Of a stretch of DNA of 64,000 bases, positions 61,119-64,000 are shown piece by piece. The notes beneath the pieces are model-generated. The model made no database searches and was not told where the DNA came from. It saw nothing but the letters and a program-made list of their open reading frames with translations. The translations under genes were made by a program, and so were the position numbers. The stretch is from an uncultured Shewanella sp. (GTDB lineage: Bacteria; Pseudomonadota; Gammaproteobacteria; Enterobacterales; Shewanellaceae): assembly GCF_947501665.1 (NCBI RefSeq), contig NZ_CANMWS010000011.1, positions 1,382 to 65,381 of the forward strand. Direction: 5' to 3'. Position 1 is the first letter of the stretch. The number at the start of each line of letters is the position of its first letter.

Positions 61119-61287
61119 GGATCTATTTCTTTTCTTAACTAAAGATTAATGCATCAAAAAAATGAGCAGATTAACAATCTCCTCATCAAAAATGTCATTA
61201 AAGTGTAAAATCAGAGGGAAGCTTAAGCCCCTTTGCAACGCGTTGCAACCAAGCAAGTCAAAAAAGGCAATAATAAATCATGAGTAA

Positions 61288-61662
61288 TCAAGTTTCATCT
61301 TCCATTTCTGGAACACTTTTTAAATAACAAAACAAGCAAATAGCCGTAAAAAAGAGAAAAATTTTCACCCATAAAATCGGCGCAAGGAAAATACTCACAC
61401 TAAAGCTCAACAAACTCACTATGTAAGCTTTCCTCTTTAGTTTTTTACGGATAGCTTTATTTTCTTGCCAATTTAATAACGCATCAGAAAACCAAGGATG
61501 AGTCATCAACCACCGATGCAGTCGTTGACTCGAACGAGCAAAACAATAAGCCGCTAACAAAATAAAAGGCACCGTAGGTAGCACAGGTAGAACAATCCCA
61601 ATCATACCCAGTAATAAGCTAAGTAGACCTGCAATTAAAAAGAATCCACGAGTAACGCCCAT
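61288..61662 (-). CDS. ybaN: Inner-membrane protein YbaN (DUF454)
   Basis: GIVLPVLPTVPFILLAAYCFARSS motif; it neighbours apt as in E. coli. Confidence 0.8.
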   Translation of the reverse strand: MGVTRGFFLIAGLLSLLLGMIGIVLPVLPTVPFILLAAYCFARSSQRLHRWLMTHPWFSDALLNWQENKAIRKKLKRKAYIVSLLSFSVSIFLAPILWVKIFLFFTAICLFCYLKSVPEMEDET

Positions 61663-61817
61663 ATAACCTCCTATTGCTCAGCCTCAATATCAGCTTATAC
61701 CCAAATGACTTGTATAACATCGTTATGTTCAACAATAACAAACATTATGAATAACGAAAAATAAAAAGCCACTCGATATAAAGTGGCTATTAATCTTTAA
61801 TACTACAAAAGAATAGA

Positions 61818-61937
61818 CTAAAGCAATCCGCTCATTTTTAACCAAGATAAGCTGGCTGGGAGTGTTGGAATAAGCAACACTAAAATAAACCCAATAAAAT
61901 GAAAGATATTAAAGGGATCTTTAAAAGACTTTTCCAT
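61818..61937 (-). CDS. Possible 39-aa single-TM peptide (below the ORF-track cutoff)
   Basis: My translation gives MEKSFKDPFNIFHFIGFILVLLIPTLPASLSWLKMSGLL. A strong SD (AGAGGAAG) precedes the ATG, and the ORF sits just downstream of the DUF2063 gene on the same strand. Confidence 0.35.
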   Translation of the reverse strand: MEKSFKDPFNIFHFIGFILVLLIPTLPASLSWLKMSGLL

Positions 61938-62026
61938 GACTTCCTCTATATTAATGCCGCCTGAATATTGATCCAGATCAATTTTTGCCTGCATTATAAA
62001 GGCTAGTTAACAAGATAGAAAGCGCC

Positions 62027-62773
62027 TTATACACGATACTCACAAATGATCCCCTTAGTACTTAATTCGACTAATAAATCTAAACAACCTTGTTTTAAAT
62101 TATCAGGCTCCATGGCAGTAAACGTTTCAATTAACCAAGTCTGAATATCGGCTAACCTGACACTTTCAAATTGAGACAAATATTCGAGCACTTGGGCCGT
62201 TAACGGCGTTAATGACAGAAAATTAACCTCATTTTTTTTGTCTCGATAAACACAAAATAGTTGTGGGGCCTTTGCAGGTTCTACAGGTTGATAATTAATA
62301 CAAATATGCTGAACATCATAAGCATACTGAGCAATTTGAGCTGAAGATGATAAACACAATGGCTTTGAGGGTATATCAGCAGCGCCGATAAAATGATGCG
62401 AAACATTGTCTACGGCAATAGATGCGACCAACTCAAGCCACTCATAGTGCGCGAGTTCTAACATGAAAACGGGATCTCGTTCATCCATTTCATATTCATA
62501 CTGCAAAAAAACAAGAAATTCTTCAGCAATATTTGAAAATAAGGGGGATTGGCAATCATGTTGTTTGAAAAAAGTTTGTACTAATACTTTCCATCGAACT
62601 GGAGAATAAAGGCTTTTTAATACAGGGAAAGCATTAGAGACAAAACCTGCGATATTATTAAAAAATAAATCTCGATAGACATCCATTCGCTCTACAGTCA
62701 TTCCATTGGGTAAAGGGCTGTCAGGATCACGAATATAATCCATAAAGGTTTTTTGTATCGCAATAAAAGACAT
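62027..62773 (-). CDS. hvfC: DUF2063 protein, HvfC/BufC-type partner of the DUF692 maturase
   Basis: 248 aa, with an N-terminal pattern typical of DUF2063 (...YRDLFFNNI..FVSNAFPV...). Its start overlaps the DUF692 gene stop by 1 nt. Confidence 0.75.
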   Translation of the reverse strand: MSFIAIQKTFMDYIRDPDSPLPNGMTVERMDVYRDLFFNNIAGFVSNAFPVLKSLYSPVRWKVLVQTFFKQHDCQSPLFSNIAEEFLVFLQYEYEMDERDPVFMLELAHYEWLELVASIAVDNVSHHFIGAADIPSKPLCLSSSAQIAQYAYDVQHICINYQPVEPAKAPQLFCVYRDKKNEVNFLSLTPLTAQVLEYLSQFESVRLADIQTWLIETFTAMEPDNLKQGCLDLLVELSTKGIICEYRV

Positions 62774-63621
62774 TAAGCACTCCTTGAAAAATGCGCTTGA
62801 GATGAATGGATCGTCTTCTTTTGATACTGCTTAATTTTTCTGATTTCCATTAATAACGTTTCTGTTTCAGGAATATTAAAGTCACGTTCAAGTAAAGTTG
62901 GAAACACTCCATGACGTTGATGACATTCATGCAATAACTGCCAAACAGGATCGCTCACATCCGCGCCATGGGAATCAATGATTAAATCTGCTGTTTGTTG
63001 AAAATGTCCTGCTATATGCAAATAATGAATACGTTCCTGCGGGATACTGTTCAAAAAGGCCAATGGATCATAACGATGATTAACTGAATTGACATAAATA
63101 TTATTGACATCCAAGAGCAATTGGCAATCAGCTTCAGTAAGTACCGCCAAGATAAACTCAAGTTCTGTCATTTCAGCGCCAGGGGCGGCATAAAAAGACA
63201 CATTCTCAAGGATCAAGGGGCGCTCTATAATATCTTGTACTTGTTTAACTCGCTCGGCAACATGAAACACCGCTTCTTGAGTAAAAGGGATCGGCATTAA
63301 ATCATATAAATGCCCAAGTCCCGAACAATAGCTTAAGTGCTCTGAATACACCTGAATTTGATGCAAGTCTAAAAACTGCTTAATGTCTTTCACAAAATCA
63401 ATATCTAGCTTTTCGGGTCCACCAATAGATAAAGATAACCCATGGGTATAAAATTCATATTGTTCGGTTAACGCTTGAAATGATTTTTGAAATCTCCCGC
63501 CTAGTTGCATCCAGTTTTCAGGTGCGACTTCGAAAAAATCAATATCATCTGGGACATGATGTGCCATCTCATTAAGCATTTCCCGCCTAAGGCCGAGTCC
63601 AACTTTTGGCGCTGTGAGCAT
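62773..63621 (-). CDS. hvfB: DUF692 / MNIO-family (MbnB-like, HvfB-type) peptide-modifying iron enzyme
   Basis: 282 aa TIM-barrel-like UPF0276 pattern (VGLGLRRE...FFEVAPENW...HGLSLSIGG...YSEHLS...ERD). It is adjacent to a Cys-repeat precursor. Confidence 0.85.
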   Translation of the reverse strand: MLTAPKVGLGLRREMLNEMAHHVPDDIDFFEVAPENWMQLGGRFQKSFQALTEQYEFYTHGLSLSIGGPEKLDIDFVKDIKQFLDLHQIQVYSEHLSYCSGLGHLYDLMPIPFTQEAVFHVAERVKQVQDIIERPLILENVSFYAAPGAEMTELEFILAVLTEADCQLLLDVNNIYVNSVNHRYDPLAFLNSIPQERIHYLHIAGHFQQTADLIIDSHGADVSDPVWQLLHECHQRHGVFPTLLERDFNIPETETLLMEIRKIKQYQKKTIHSSQAHFSRSA

Positions 63622-63700
63622 AATCTATTCCTCTTAAAACAAACAAGATCAGTAAAAAACTGATCTTGTTACCAGTAACTGTGAGACAGGAAAGATTACA

Positions 63701-64000
63701 TTATATGCTGCCGCCACATGTTCCTTCACTAGACTTATGATCGCCCCCGCAAGATCCTTCTTTACTTTTGCTATGACTCCCACCACACTTACCTTCACCG
63801 CACTTCCCTTCTGCGCTTTTGGCTTTACTCTCTCCACACTTACCTTCACCGCACTTCCCTTCTGCGCTTTTGGCTTTACTCTCTCCACACTTACCTTCGC
63901 CGCACTTACCTTCTGCGCTTTTGGCTTTACTCTCTCCACACTTGCCTTCACCGCATTTACCTTCTTTGCCTTTTTTTGCATCTGGCGCAGGCATAGGTGC
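63701..64000 (-). CDS. hvfA: HvfA-type EGKCG-repeat precursor peptide (N-terminus beyond the right edge)
   Basis: The frame giving ...KEGKCGEGKCGESKAKSAEGKCGEGKCG... has eight EGKCG motifs plus EGSCG and EGTCG. The reading frame stays open to the window end, so the listed start is probably not the true one. Confidence 0.8.
   Translation of the reverse strand, partial: APMPAPDAKKGKEGKCGEGKCGESKAKSAEGKCGEGKCGESKAKSAEGKCGEGKCGESKAKSAEGKCGEGKCGGSHSKSKEGSCGGDHKSSEGTCGGSI
63784..63964. repeat. 51-bp tandem repeat, about 3.5 copies, inside hvfA
   Basis: Units at 63784-63834, 63835-63885 and 63886-63936 plus a partial fourth. Each encodes GEGKCGESKAKSAEGKC. Confidence 0.9.

Noticed and set aside
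63649-63981. 110-aa ORF (MQKKAKKVNAVKASVERVKPKAQK...) overlapping hvfA in another frame.
   Set aside because: It is an alternative-frame reading of the 51-bp repeats. The EGKCG frame matches a known precursor family and the adjacent maturase genes.

Overview
This window looks like a chromosomal segment of a low-GC marine gammaproteobacterium, judged from gene content and synteny recalled from memory; no searches were run. About 80% is conserved housekeeping DNA. It holds ybgC-tolQRAB-pal, motY/rnt, upp/purMN, asnB, a DUF3450-ExbB-ExbB-ExbD-TonB-TPR cluster, topA, astB, gsk, and an E. coli-like block adk-htpG-recR-ybaB-dnaX-apt-ybaN. The right edge carries an HvfA/HvfB/HvfC-type (DUF692/DUF2063) cysteine-repeat peptide cluster. 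The main exception is an accessory region of about 12 kb (roughly 19.86-32.05 kb). It starts at a MITE-like element and contains a transporter gene fragment, orphan genes, an IS1595-family insertion sequence and a run of small same-strand genes. It also contains two defence-like modules: an overlapping DUF262 + HEPN gene pair, and a DUF4062-type (TIR-like) protein with an uncharacterised C-terminal half. The spacers of this region are long and repeat-rich. A unit of about 100 bp recurs directly upstream of four unrelated genes or operons, and a second unit of about 118 bp recurs downstream of other genes. Two direct copies of a structured element of about 122 nt at 31.42-31.91 kb keep their helices through compensatory base changes, while their reading frame is not conserved. 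These two copies are my top candidate for something undescribed, either an ncRNA or a structured DNA element next to the defence genes. Other leads are a Fur-box-fronted sRNA candidate upstream of ybgC, a three-copy MITE family around asnB/aacs, and an in-frame A_AAA_AAG heptamer in dnaX. I saw no rRNA, tRNA or CRISPR array. All protein calls rest on reading the supplied translations and on remembered family motifs.
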